Part shown: one piece after another, positions 35,785 to 45,230 of the stretch | Layout: each line of letters begins with the position of its first letter | How positions within the stretch are numbered: position 1 is the first letter of the stretch | Assembly: GCA_022653695.1 (NCBI GenBank) | Contig: JALCSW010000002.1 | Span: 436,320 to 500,319 of the forward strand | Origin: Bacilli bacterium | GTDB lineage: Bacteria; Bacillota_I; Bacilli_A; RFN20; CAG-826 | Direction: 5' to 3' | DNA length: 64,000 bases | Position numbers and translations under genes: made by a program | Notes under the pieces: model-generated | What the model saw: only the letters and a program-made list of their open reading frames with translations | What the model was told of the DNA's origin: nothing | The model's database searches: none

Positions 35785-36372
35785 ATGAGCAACGCAATCG
35801 AGATCGAAGCCAAAGCCTTGGTGAGCCAAAGGGATTACGAAAAACTACTTAGGCGCTTCGCGGGCGAAAAGGCCTACGAGCAAACCAACTATTACATCGA
35901 TAACGGAGAGGGGCTTCTAAGGAAAGAGGGGTTCGCCCTCCGCATCCGGGAAAGGGAGGGGCTTTACGAAATGACCCTCAAAACCCCGTTGAGCGAAGGC
36001 CTTTTGGAAAAGAACTGCGCTTGGAGCAAGGATCGGTTCGACGCGTTCATGCAAAAAGGCGTTTTCCCCGAGGGGGATATCAAACGCTTCCTCACGATGC
36101 TTGACATCGACGTGAGCAAACTGAAGGTTCTGACATCGCTCACCACGAAACGCGTCGACGTCGAATACGAAGGCGGCAAACTCTCGCTCGACGAAAACCA
36201 CTACTCGGGCCACGTCGATTACGAAATCGAGCTTGAGCATAACTCCATGGTAGACGCGACCGAGAAACTGCATTCCCTCTTCATCGAGGAGAAAATCCCG
36301 TTCGTCCTGAACCTCAAAACAAAGGTGGCCCGCGCCCTAAACGCCGTCGGCCAGCAAAAACCTTTGAACTAA
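35785..36372 (+). CDS. CYTH-domain (triphosphate tunnel metalloenzyme, YjbK-like) protein
   Basis: The N-terminal IEIEAKALV (ExExK motif) and overall length are typical of CYTH. Confidence 0.8.
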   Translation: MSNAIEIEAKALVSQRDYEKLLRRFAGEKAYEQTNYYIDNGEGLLRKEGFALRIREREGLYEMTLKTPLSEGLLEKNCAWSKDRFDAFMQKGVFPEGDIKRFLTMLDIDVSKLKVLTSLTTKRVDVEYEGGKLSLDENHYSGHVDYEIELEHNSMVDATEKLHSLFIEEKIPFVLNLKTKVARALNAVGQQKPLN

Positions 36373-36828
36373 AGCCAAAAGCAGTCTAATGTTCCGCTAT
36401 GGACGCTCACAAATTCTCGCGTCTTGAGGAAACCGCTTTTTATCGTTGCAATAGCCGGAATTTTTGATATGTTTCTATTACCCAAAACGCATTTAGTCAA
36501 TGGTTTACACGTTCGTCAAATATTGTCAAAAGTTTATGGATAGCCTTTTTTAGATACACAAGATTCTATGTTAATATCCATGTCGACCTTTTAGAGGCAC
36601 CGCATCAAAGCGCCTTGCATCTTCTTACTCTAGAGAATAATAGGAAAGAATTATATTGTTCGTTGTTGTTCAAAAATCAGTCAGTTTTATTGAATAACGT
36701 TTTCTTAGGACGAAAATGACTTTTCGAATTATGGGCGGTTTTGACTTTGTTTTACGTTTTGAACTGCGTCCGCAAAAAGTTCATGCAATCACCAAACGCT
36801 TCCTATGGGTTTCTTTTCAGAAAAGAAT

Positions 36829-36864
36829 GGAGAACATGACGGAGAACATGACGGAGAACATGAT
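36829..36864 (+). repeat. Tandem repeat, 3 x 12 bp (GGAGAACATGAC)
   Basis: Units at 36829-36840, 36841-36852 and 36853-36864 (last base differs), about 30 nt upstream of the AlbA_2 gene start. Confidence 0.95.
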
Positions 36865-36892
36865 AAAATAAAAAGGCAAAAAGGAGCCTGAA

Positions 36893-38293
36893 ATGAAAAT
36901 ACGATCGCTATTCCCTGAGGTTGATTTTGAAAATGAGGAATTTGAATACAAAGCAAAACTAGAGAATGACAAACAATCCGAGAAATGGGGCAAAACTTTG
37001 GTCGGATACGCAAACGAAAACGGTGGCGAAATGTTCGTAGGGGTATCGAACGATGGAGAGGCGTTTGGACTGAGTTTTGAGGAAATTGACAAATACAGGC
37101 AGCAAATATATCGGGAGAACGACAGACGCATTATTCCTCACATCAAAATAGATATTCAGGTCAAAAGCGTGGATTCGTAAGGGAAGTTGTTTGTCATGTT
37201 GGTCAAGGTCCCACCGGCATCATCGATGGTTTCCTATCGCCGTGGGGACTATTCATCGACATTCTACACAAGAAAATCAGGGGCTTCATTGCCCCCTTCC
37301 GCTGACGACCTGCTGAGAATGGCCAAGAGAAAAAGCGAAACTGATGGGGAAATCACCCAGAACATCTATAAAGCGGACGAATTCTCGCAATATCTTTTGC
37401 TTTGCAGAAGAAACCGCAAAGATCGCATTGCCCCGGACGTCGGCTCCCTTATTTCCAACGAACTGATAACTGAGGACAAAAGGATTAAATATGGGTTTTC
37501 CCTTTTCTCAAACCTATCGAACGATGAGGATTCTTTGGTTTGTTGTAGGCTCTGGAGAGGTCTTAACAAAGGGGCTGATGAGGCAATAGACAAAAAAGAA
37601 TTCAAGGGACCGCTTGGGGAGGGATACGCGTTCGCCTCCGCATTCGTCGCAAGGAATACCAAATCAGGCTTCATCAAACAGAAAAACGGAAGCCGACTTG
37701 ACACATTCTCTTACCCTCCAATAGCCATACGCGAAGCTTTGATAAACGCCATCGCCCATCGGGATTACACGATAGGTGGGACCCAAGTCGATGTTGACAT
37801 CTTTTCCAACAGAATTGAGATCGCGTCGCCTGGCTCTTGGCTTTTAAAAATGGATCCGAAGAAATACAGCCTGGACAAAGTGCCTTCAATAAGGCGAAAT
37901 CCAATAATCTGCAACGCTTTTTCTTTGGCGGGTTTGATGGAAAAATCGGGAAGCGGCTTAAAAAAGATAGCAGCTTCCTATTCGTCTTTCGATGCCGATC
38001 TCCAACCGGCGCTGGAAGCCTTCCCCACTTTTTTCGTAATCACTTTGTACGACCTTCTTTACGATGAAAAACAAGATGTTTCGCTTGTCCCATCGGAAAA
38101 CAAGCAAGAATCAATCGTCATCAACCTTTGCTTAATCGCGCCAAGAACCAGAGGAGAACTTCAAAAAGCCTGTGGTTATAAAAGTCGCTCCATGTTTTAC
38201 GTCCACGTTCTAAAGCCGCTTCTGAAATCAGGCAAAATAGTGATGACGGAACCGACCAAATCGAAGAACCAAAGATACAGCGCAATAAAATAG
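36893..38293 (+). pseudogene. AlbA_2 (Schlafen-like) + HATPase_c_4 + C-terminal wHTH putative regulator, interrupted by an in-frame TAA at 37178-37180
   Basis: ORFs 36893..37180 and 37187..38293 are in the same frame. The AlbA_2 pattern continues across the stop (EFEYKAKLEND...GYANENGGEMFVGVSNDGEAFG...IQVKSVDS*GKLFVMLVKVPP...TFYTRKSGASLP). The HATPase_c_4 motif REALINAIAHRDY follows. About 40% GC. Confidence 0.8.
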
Positions 38294-38899
38294 TTGGTTT
38301 CGAGAATTCATAGTTCGTTTGAATCACGCCATTGAATCAAAAAGCCTTAATGAAAAAGGCCGTTTTCATAAAGCCATGGAGCCTTCTTCGATAAATTACG
38401 AGACTCCGTGCTTTTGGTCAATTGCTTATTACCAGCGATCTTCCCGACCGGCGTTTGCATAGAAAGCGATTCTTGTTTGCCCATAATGCTTTAGAATGCT
38501 AGAATCAGTCAACATAACGATCGTTTTATCCGCAATACTTCTCTTTTTCATTTTTCGGACACTTCTGGCTCATGAATGGTCATCTCGTTTCGTTCTATTG
38601 GTTTCTTCAAAATCTAACTGATATCGAGCCTTTTCAGTTAACAGAATTTTATAATATGCTTCGAAATGGCGTTTATGCCTTCGATTGGCAAACGCGAATT
38701 TGAGATTGTCGCTTAACATCGGATTTTGGCCGTTTGCATTGATTCGCAAAACAATCATAAGAGACGCTTCAGACTTTTACGAGACGCGAGGTTTAGGGAG
38801 CATCCTTCAATTTGGCAATTTCCGCTCACGATCTTAAAATGGCTTACCCACACAAGCACAACGCGCACGAAATGATGCGCGTTGTGCTTTTAGGGAAGC

Positions 38900-39688
38900 T
38901 CAGCGGCGTATCTCGTCGGCTTTCGCCTTGAAATCCTTTTCGTCGATGACGCCCTTTTCGAAAAGCTCTTCGTACGCCAATAGAGTTTCGGCTTTCCGTT
39001 GCTCTTTCTTAATAGAGGGGCGATCGGGGCCAACGATGAGGACAAGTCCCAAGACGAACGTGGCGGCGCTCGCGAGGAGGAAAACCAAATCGTTGACGAA
39101 CACGACCAAATCCAAAGCCAGAACCGCGATGATGGCCCCGAGGCGAAGCGCAATGACAGCCAAACTCAACGAGCAGGACAAGACCTCAAAGATACGCTCA
39201 CGGCCTTGAAGGCAACGCGGATGCAGAAGGGAAGTGGTTCCCAAGGCCAAAACCGAAACGGACAAAAGGATCAGCAAAATCCCATAAGCGATAAAAAACG
39301 CCGAATTGGCAAGGCAAATGGAGGCGATGCCAACAAAGGAAGAGACGCCGCCCGTCACGAGGGCGGAGACGGGGAAGAGGGCCCGTGGGTTGAATTTGCC
39401 ATTGTAAAGATGGATTAAGTTGAAAACGCCGAACGTTATCAGCGCCCCCGCGCCGAAAAGAGAAACCAAACCGACCATTATTCCGATCGGGGAGTTCAGG
39501 GAATCGGTGGCGGAAAAGCACAAAATGGCGAACATGAGAAGGGCTAGTCCGGCGCCGATCGCCGTTATGGCGCTCGCGAGGACAAGGCCGCGTCGCTTGA
39601 AGAGACAGACGCTCTTTTTGCCGGCCGGCTTCTCTTTTTTCGTCGAAACGCCCTTTTCTTCCTTCGGCTCTTTTTTCTTTTCTTCCAT
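38900..39688 (-). CDS. Polytopic membrane protein with C-terminal SHOCT domain
   Basis: ATG at 39686-39688 (MEEKKKEPKEEK...). About 6 TM helices. The C-terminus LLAYEELFEKGVIDEKDFKAKADEIRR matches the SHOCT pattern. Confidence 0.7.
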   Translation of the reverse strand: MEEKKKEPKEEKGVSTKKEKPAGKKSVCLFKRRGLVLASAITAIGAGLALLMFAILCFSATDSLNSPIGIMVGLVSLFGAGALITFGVFNLIHLYNGKFNPRALFPVSALVTGGVSSFVGIASICLANSAFFIAYGILLILLSVSVLALGTTSLLHPRCLQGRERIFEVLSCSLSLAVIALRLGAIIAVLALDLVVFVNDLVFLLASAATFVLGLVLIVGPDRPSIKKEQRKAETLLAYEELFEKGVIDEKDFKAKADEIRR

Positions 39689-39798
39689 TTGCAACAAGCC
39701 CCTTTTCAATGATTTTAGCATCAGAAAGACGAAATGGGCAACGAGAGTCGCGACGCGACGAAAAAGCGCGCCTTTCGGCGCGCCCATCGGTCGTTTTT

Positions 39799-40251
39799 TC
39801 AGCGTTTGATCTTCAGTTCGCCTTTGATATCAAGGCTCGGGGCGCATTTGCCGAAAGTTGGGCAATTCTCCGCGGTGCAGGCCATCTCGGCGATACGGTA
39901 GGCCCGCGGGATGAAGGTTCGGATTTCCTCTTTGTTGTAACCGACTTGGATCCGATGGTCGTCAACGATAATCGGGCGACGCAAAACCGAGGGGTTCTTG
40001 CGGATAAAATCGATCAGCTGACTCACGGTCATGTCATCGAAGTCAATATTGTTCTCCGACACGATTTTACTGCGTGGGGAGATGATGTCATCGGTCCCGT
40101 TCTCCGACTTGGAAATGACTTCCTTGATGTCCTCGACCGAGAGGCCGTTGGAGAAGATATCCTTCTGCTCATACGGGATTTTCTGCTCATCGAACCATTT
40201 TTTGACTTTGCGGCAGCTCGTGCAGCTGGGGGAATAATATATTTTGATCAT
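39799..40251 (-). CDS. spx: Spx/ArsC-family redox regulator with ~20-aa Cys-containing C-terminal extension
   Basis: MIKIYYSPSCTSCRKVKKWFDEQKIPYEQKDIF...LRRPIIVDDHRIQVGYNKEEIRTFIPR. The tail reads AYRIAEMACTAENCPTFGKCAPSLDIKGELKIKR. Confidence 0.85.
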   Translation of the reverse strand: MIKIYYSPSCTSCRKVKKWFDEQKIPYEQKDIFSNGLSVEDIKEVISKSENGTDDIISPRSKIVSENNIDFDDMTVSQLIDFIRKNPSVLRRPIIVDDHRIQVGYNKEEIRTFIPRAYRIAEMACTAENCPTFGKCAPSLDIKGELKIKR

Positions 40252-40359
40252 ATACACGAATTGTAGCACGAAGACGGCTTCCGCTATATCGCCAATTGGG
40301 CTCGAGACCAATTGAACAAAACGAGCGAGGCTTTATAATGGACTTTCGAGGAAAAAACC

Positions 40360-41349
40360 ATGGAACGCATCTTATCCGGCATCAAACCGACGGGAGAGCT
40401 CACTCTCGGCAATTACATCGGGGCCCTTCGCCATTTCAAGGACTTTCAGAATCGCGGCGACGTCTACATTTTCATCGCCGATCTCCATGCTTTGACAATG
40501 CCAATCGAGGCCGAGACCCTTAGAAACAATTCGCGCGACATCGCCGCGTTCTATCTCGCGAGCGGCCTCGACCCGAAACGATGCACCATTTTCCTTCAGC
40601 ACACCGTCTCCGCCCACGCGGAACTCAACGCCATCCTTCAAAACTACCTCTACATGGGCGAACTTAAGCGCATGACCCAGTTCAAGGACAAATGCTCGAA
40701 GATGAACGACAATCAGATCGGCTTGGGCATCTTCGCCTACCCGGTCCTCATGGCCGCCGACATTTTGCTTTACGACGCCACCATCGTCCCGGTCGGCGAA
40801 GATCAGGTTCAGCACGTCGAGATCACCCGCGACCTCGTCCACCGCTTCAATTCCCGTTATGGCGAGGTTCTGGTCATGCCCCGGGCCGAGGTCACCAAGG
40901 TCGGGGCCCGCATCATGTCGCTATGCGATCCCAGCAAGAAAATGTCGAAATCCGACCCGAAGGGCGATATTTTCCTCAAGGATCCCTTGAGCGTCTCCCG
41001 CAAGAAGATCATGTCCGCGGTCACCGACAGCGGTTCGGAAGTTAGATTCGACCCCGCGGCCAAGCCCGGCATCTCGAATTTGCTGACCATCTATGCGGCC
41101 TTAAAGGACATAACGCCGCAGGAGGCCGAGAAGCGATTCACGGGATTCCGCTACGGGGATTTCAAGAAAGCCGTCGCCGAAGCGGTCGAAGAGGAACTGG
41201 GCCCCTTCAAGGCCCGATACGAGAAAATCATCGCCGACCGTTCCTATCTCAGCGTGCTCCAGGACGGCGCCAAAAAAGCGTCTCTCGTCGCCGCCAAAAC
41301 GCTTCGGCGCGTCCAAAAGGCGGTTGGGTTGCTTAGCGTCGATGAATAA
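40360..41349 (+). CDS. trpS: Tryptophan--tRNA ligase
   Basis: GIKPTGELTLGNYIGAL and KMSKS motifs; 329 aa. Confidence 0.95.
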   Translation: MERILSGIKPTGELTLGNYIGALRHFKDFQNRGDVYIFIADLHALTMPIEAETLRNNSRDIAAFYLASGLDPKRCTIFLQHTVSAHAELNAILQNYLYMGELKRMTQFKDKCSKMNDNQIGLGIFAYPVLMAADILLYDATIVPVGEDQVQHVEITRDLVHRFNSRYGEVLVMPRAEVTKVGARIMSLCDPSKKMSKSDPKGDIFLKDPLSVSRKKIMSAVTDSGSEVRFDPAAKPGISNLLTIYAALKDITPQEAEKRFTGFRYGDFKKAVAEAVEEELGPFKARYEKIIADRSYLSVLQDGAKKASLVAAKTLRRVQKAVGLLSVDE

Positions 41350-42142
41350 GCCCCATCTGATCGCCATTGACGTCGATGGCACCCTCCTCACCAAAGAGGG
41401 TCGGCTTTCGAAACGCACCAAAGACGTTTTGCTGTCCTGCCAAAGGCAAGGCGACGCGATCCTCCTTTCAAGCGGGCGACCATGGCGGAGTTTAAGGGGA
41501 TTCTATGAGCAGCTGGGCCTTACTGGCCCCGTCGTTTGCTATAACGGGGCTCTCGTTTTCGACCCCCATGACCCTTCGTTCAAACGCCTAGAGAAGCGTT
41601 TGGATCGCAAAGCCGTCGTCTCGATCTACGAAGCCTTCGCCCCCAGCCTCATGGGCTTCATGTGCGAAAGCGAGACTTCGATCTATATCGACCATCCTAA
41701 CGATTATCTTGGGCGCTTCTTCCCCTACGAGGGGATGAAAATCGAAAAAGGGCCATTGAGTCGCACCCTAAAAGATAATCCCTTCACCGCCATCTTCGAG
41801 GTGAAGGAACGGGACGGCGAACGTCTGCGCGAAGCCGTCGAGAAACGGGCCCCGCTAAGGTTCCGCCCCTGGCACGGCGTTCCTTATGGCGAAGCCTATC
41901 TTTCCGGCGTCGACAAGGGATCGGCCCTCCGTTACGTTATGGCGGAACTGGGCATAGGAAAAGAAAACGTCATCGCTTTCGGCGACAGCGACAACGATTA
42001 CGAAATGCTGCTGCTCGCCGGGCGCCCCTTCGTGATGGAAGGCTGCCATTCGCCGCTTTTGCTGCAGGCGTTCCCACACACGAAAAAAGGCAACGACCAA
42101 GACGGGTTGGCCCTCGCCCTTGAGGACTTACTTGACGCCTAA
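41342..42142 (+). CDS. Cof-type HAD-IIB phosphatase
   Basis: ATG at 41342 overlaps the trpS stop codon. Motifs IAIDVDGTLL and GDSDNDYEML. Confidence 0.85.
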   Translation: MNKPHLIAIDVDGTLLTKEGRLSKRTKDVLLSCQRQGDAILLSSGRPWRSLRGFYEQLGLTGPVVCYNGALVFDPHDPSFKRLEKRLDRKAVVSIYEAFAPSLMGFMCESETSIYIDHPNDYLGRFFPYEGMKIEKGPLSRTLKDNPFTAIFEVKERDGERLREAVEKRAPLRFRPWHGVPYGEAYLSGVDKGSALRYVMAELGIGKENVIAFGDSDNDYEMLLLAGRPFVMEGCHSPLLLQAFPHTKKGNDQDGLALALEDLLDA

Positions 42143-43840
42143 GGACCGGCGAAGGGCTTTCGACAACGCCACGGCCCGCTCACGCAGGCCTTCTTTATTC
42201 GCGCCGAGAGCCTCGACGTAGAACTTGCACTTCGGTTCGGTTCCGCTCGGGCGGATCGCGATCCACGAACCATCCTCGAGCAGGAGTTTGACCACTTCCG
42301 CCTTCGGAAGCGAGGTCTTTTCGGAAGAGCCGTCGTCTTTCGTGATGACGCCCTCCTCATAGTCCTGAACCTCGACGACCTTGGCTCTCATGACTTCTTT
42401 CGGCGGGTTGGCGTGAAGCCCGTCCATGATGGCTTTCATCTCGCTGGCCCCTTCGCTTCCGGCGAACTCGACCGACTCGGTGAAGGCCTCGTGATACCCG
42501 AAGCGCTTCTCGAGGTTCTCGAAGGCGACGTCGAGGGGGATGCCTTGGCGGAAATACCAAAGGGCCATCTCGCAATACAGCAGAATCGCCTGAATGCCGT
42601 CCTTATCGCGGACGAAAGGCTTGATGAGGCAACCGTAACTCTCCTCGTAGCCAAACTCGAAATGCGGGCCTTTCCCCAATTCCTCGTAATGGTGGATCCG
42701 TTCGCCGATGTATTTGAAACCCGTGAGGAACGATTCCACGCGGAGGCCGTAGCTCTTCGCGATTTTGCGACCCAGATCGCTCGTCACGATCGTGTCGTAA
42801 AGGACGCCGTCGTCCGAAAGAAGGCCCAAACGTTTCCGTTCGCGGAGAACGTAATCCAAAAGCAGGGCCCCGGACTGGTTTCCCGTGAACCTCTCGTAAG
42901 TTCCTTTGCTCGAGAGATAGGCCACGCCGCAGCGGTCGCCGTCGGGATCGGTCATGACGATGAGGTTGGCGTTATATTGCTTGGCCAGTTTGAGCGGCTC
43001 GATGTAGGCCTCGGCCATCTCGGGATTGGGCGAAAGGGTACCGCCGAAATCGGGATCGTGGGTGCATTGGCTCATGACGGGGATGACCTCGTATCCGCAG
43101 GTCTCGAAAACCCGCATCGCGTTCTCGTAGGAGGTGCCGTGCTGCGGGGTGTAGATGATCTTGAAGCCCTTTTTCAAGAGATCGGGGTTGATTTGGACGG
43201 AAAGGACATCCTTGACGTAAGCGTCGTCGATTTCCTCGTCCAGTTGGACGGTCTCGCCTTTAGCCACCGCGCTGAGCGGCTTGACGATGAGCTCGTCCGG
43301 TAACGAGGCGATGATGTCGAGAAGGGGCTTTATTTTTGAAGGGACGAGCTGACAGCCGGTGTCGTCGTAGACTTTGTAACCGTTGTATTGCTTCGGGTTG
43401 TGGCTGGCGGTGATCATGATGCCTCCGACGGCCTTCAGGTAGCGCACGGCGTAGGACAGTTCCGGGGTCGGGCGAAGCGAATCGAAGATATAGGCCTTGA
43501 GGCCTTCCTCGTTCAGAAGCCGGGCGCACTCAAGGGTGAACTCGCGCGAGAAATGGCGGTTGTCGTGGCTGATCACGACGCCGCGAGAGGCGGCGTCGGG
43601 GTATTCCTTAAGAAGGTATTCGCCAAAAGCGATGGTCGCCTTTTTGACGGTGAAGGAATTCATCCGATTCGTGCCGGGGCCGATGATTCCGCGCATGCCG
43701 GCCGTGCCGAACTCGATGTCGCGGAAAAACGCGTCGTCGCGTTCCTCTTTGCCCATTTTCCTAAGGGCGGCCTTGTCGGCGGCGTCGACTTCCTCAGAGG
43801 CCAGCCATCTCTCGTAATTAGCTTCCACCACATCATCCAT
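42128..43840 (-). CDS. pgcA: Alpha-phosphoglucomutase (PgcA-like)
   Basis: FGTAGMRG, TASHNPKQYNGYK and DPDGDR motifs. The length and N-terminus resemble Bacillus PgcA. Confidence 0.9.
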   Translation of the reverse strand: MDDVVEANYERWLASEEVDAADKAALRKMGKEERDDAFFRDIEFGTAGMRGIIGPGTNRMNSFTVKKATIAFGEYLLKEYPDAASRGVVISHDNRHFSREFTLECARLLNEEGLKAYIFDSLRPTPELSYAVRYLKAVGGIMITASHNPKQYNGYKVYDDTGCQLVPSKIKPLLDIIASLPDELIVKPLSAVAKGETVQLDEEIDDAYVKDVLSVQINPDLLKKGFKIIYTPQHGTSYENAMRVFETCGYEVIPVMSQCTHDPDFGGTLSPNPEMAEAYIEPLKLAKQYNANLIVMTDPDGDRCGVAYLSSKGTYERFTGNQSGALLLDYVLRERKRLGLLSDDGVLYDTIVTSDLGRKIAKSYGLRVESFLTGFKYIGERIHHYEELGKGPHFEFGYEESYGCLIKPFVRDKDGIQAILLYCEMALWYFRQGIPLDVAFENLEKRFGYHEAFTESVEFAGSEGASEMKAIMDGLHANPPKEVMRAKVVEVQDYEEGVITKDDGSSEKTSLPKAEVVKLLLEDGSWIAIRPSGTEPKCKFYVEALGANKEGLRERAVALSKALRRSLGVK

Positions 43841-43842
43841 AA

Positions 43843-44817
43843 CTAACGGCTCTCCTTTGCCAACTTTCCGATTATACCCTCTTCCTCTTCGTCAAGAGAG
43901 GACAGAAACGTTTTCCCGCTTAGGGGCGCGAGGACGCCCCCAAGCCGGCCAAAGGTTATCTCGTGGGCCCGAAGGAACTGACGGTCAAGCCCATACAAAG
44001 AACGGAACTTCCGATTGTCGAGGTAATTGCCGTATTTACCATCCCCGAGGATGGGGTGGCCGATTGAGGCCAAATGGACGCGGATCTGATGGGTTCTCCC
44101 GGTGTAAAGGGTGCATTCCAGCAAAGTGCACCCATCGAATGCCCTGATGGGCTCATAACCCGTTTTGGCCGTTTTCCCACCTTCGCTGAGGGGCGTGAGG
44201 GCGACGAGGCCCGTTTCGGCGTTTTTCTTCAGGGGTTTCTCGATGAGTCCGGCCTCCTTGACCTCCCCGTCGACGAGCGCCCAATATTTTTTGCTGATGC
44301 CCTCGCGACCCTTGAAAAGCTCCTCAAGGGCCTTTAAGGCCGCGTCGGTCTTCGCGAAAACGACGAGCCCGGCGGTGTTTCTGTCCAAGCGATGGGCCGG
44401 AGAGGGGGCAAACGCATGATCCTCGGGATCGAACTCGCCTTTGTAAAAAAGGTAATCCAGAACCTTCTGCGTGAGCGTGTTCCGTTTCTCCTTGGCGTCG
44501 CCGTAAACCAATAGTCCCGATGGCTTGTCGACGATCAGGACGTTAGCGTCCTCGTAGGCGATCGCGTAGGGGAATGGCTTTTTCTCCGCCAAACGGGGAC
44601 GCTTGAAATCCTCGAGTTGCCGGTCTGTCACGTAGAGGCGCACGACGTCGCCTTCTTTGAGGGCGTAGTCCTTATGGATCCAATGGCCATTGGCTTTGAT
44701 GTTTTTCTTGCGAAAGGCCTTGTATATAAAACCCAAGGGGGCGTCGCTAAGGTACTTGCGGACGAACTTTTCGGCTTTTTGCCCCGCGTCGCGGGCGGAA
44801 ACGACTATTTCTTTCAT
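43843..44817 (-). CDS. RluA/RluD-family pseudouridine synthase with S4 domain (YjbO-like)
   Basis: ATG at 44815-44817. Motifs HRLDRNTAGLVVFAK and GRTHQIRVH. Confidence 0.9.
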   Translation of the reverse strand: MKEIVVSARDAGQKAEKFVRKYLSDAPLGFIYKAFRKKNIKANGHWIHKDYALKEGDVVRLYVTDRQLEDFKRPRLAEKKPFPYAIAYEDANVLIVDKPSGLLVYGDAKEKRNTLTQKVLDYLFYKGEFDPEDHAFAPSPAHRLDRNTAGLVVFAKTDAALKALEELFKGREGISKKYWALVDGEVKEAGLIEKPLKKNAETGLVALTPLSEGGKTAKTGYEPIRAFDGCTLLECTLYTGRTHQIRVHLASIGHPILGDGKYGNYLDNRKFRSLYGLDRQFLRAHEITFGRLGGVLAPLSGKTFLSSLDEEEEGIIGKLAKESR

Positions 44818-44895
44818 AGCGGCTAGATTATACCATAACGGAACATTGAAAAAGGGGGCGAACCCCTCTATAATTTCCGTTGCCACGCAACACGT

Positions 44896-44986
44896 GGAGG
44901 AATACCCAAGTGGCTGAAGGGGCGGGCTTGGAAAGCTCGTAGGCTCTTAACCGGGCGCAAGGGTTCGACTCCCTTTTCCTCCGCCA
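44896..44986 (+). tRNA. tRNA-Ser (anticodon GGA), CCA encoded
   Basis: Acceptor stem GGAGGAA/TTCCTCC is perfect. Anticodon arm is CGGGC-TTGGAAA-GCTCG. There is a long variable arm, a T arm AAGGG-TTCGACT-CCCTT, discriminator G and CCA. Confidence 0.85.
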
Positions 44987-45230
44987 GTGGCTTCGCATAC
45001 GAACACTCTACGCATACCGTATTGGGTTTGTAATCATAGCCGAGTTACCCACGAAGGGCCACTCAGCCAAAAAAGATCAGGCCGGCGAAGAATCATCTTG
45101 ATGGTTCTTGCGGCCCTTTCTTTTTCCTGTCATGTGGGTATCCCACTAGCGCAAAAGCGAAGGAGAAAAGTGGAGAAAAAGCACCACTTTTCTTTATCAT
45201 GTTGGCTGGGATGGGGGTGTTTTGCAGTAG

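Noticed and set aside
36829-36864. CRISPR array
   Set aside because: This is the only short tandem repeat in the window. It has 12-bp units, no spacers and only three copies, so it is not CRISPR-like. I saw no cas genes.
37178-37180. Alternative genetic code (TAA reassigned) to explain the in-frame stop
   Set aside because: TAA terminates clearly full-length conserved genes here (e.g. trpS at 41347-41349 and adhE at 7613-7615), and all other conserved genes translate full-length with the standard code.
38570-38758. 62-aa ORF in the low-GC islet as a possible toxin-antitoxin component
   Set aside because: I recognised no family motif. The ORF has no convincing RBS and is followed by other short broken ORFs. 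I treat it as debris within the islet finding rather than as a gene.
40252-40359. T-box leader upstream of trpS
   Set aside because: The intergenic region is only about 108 nt. I could not find the T-box consensus (AGGGTGGNACCGCG-like), a specifier loop or a terminator/antiterminator pair.
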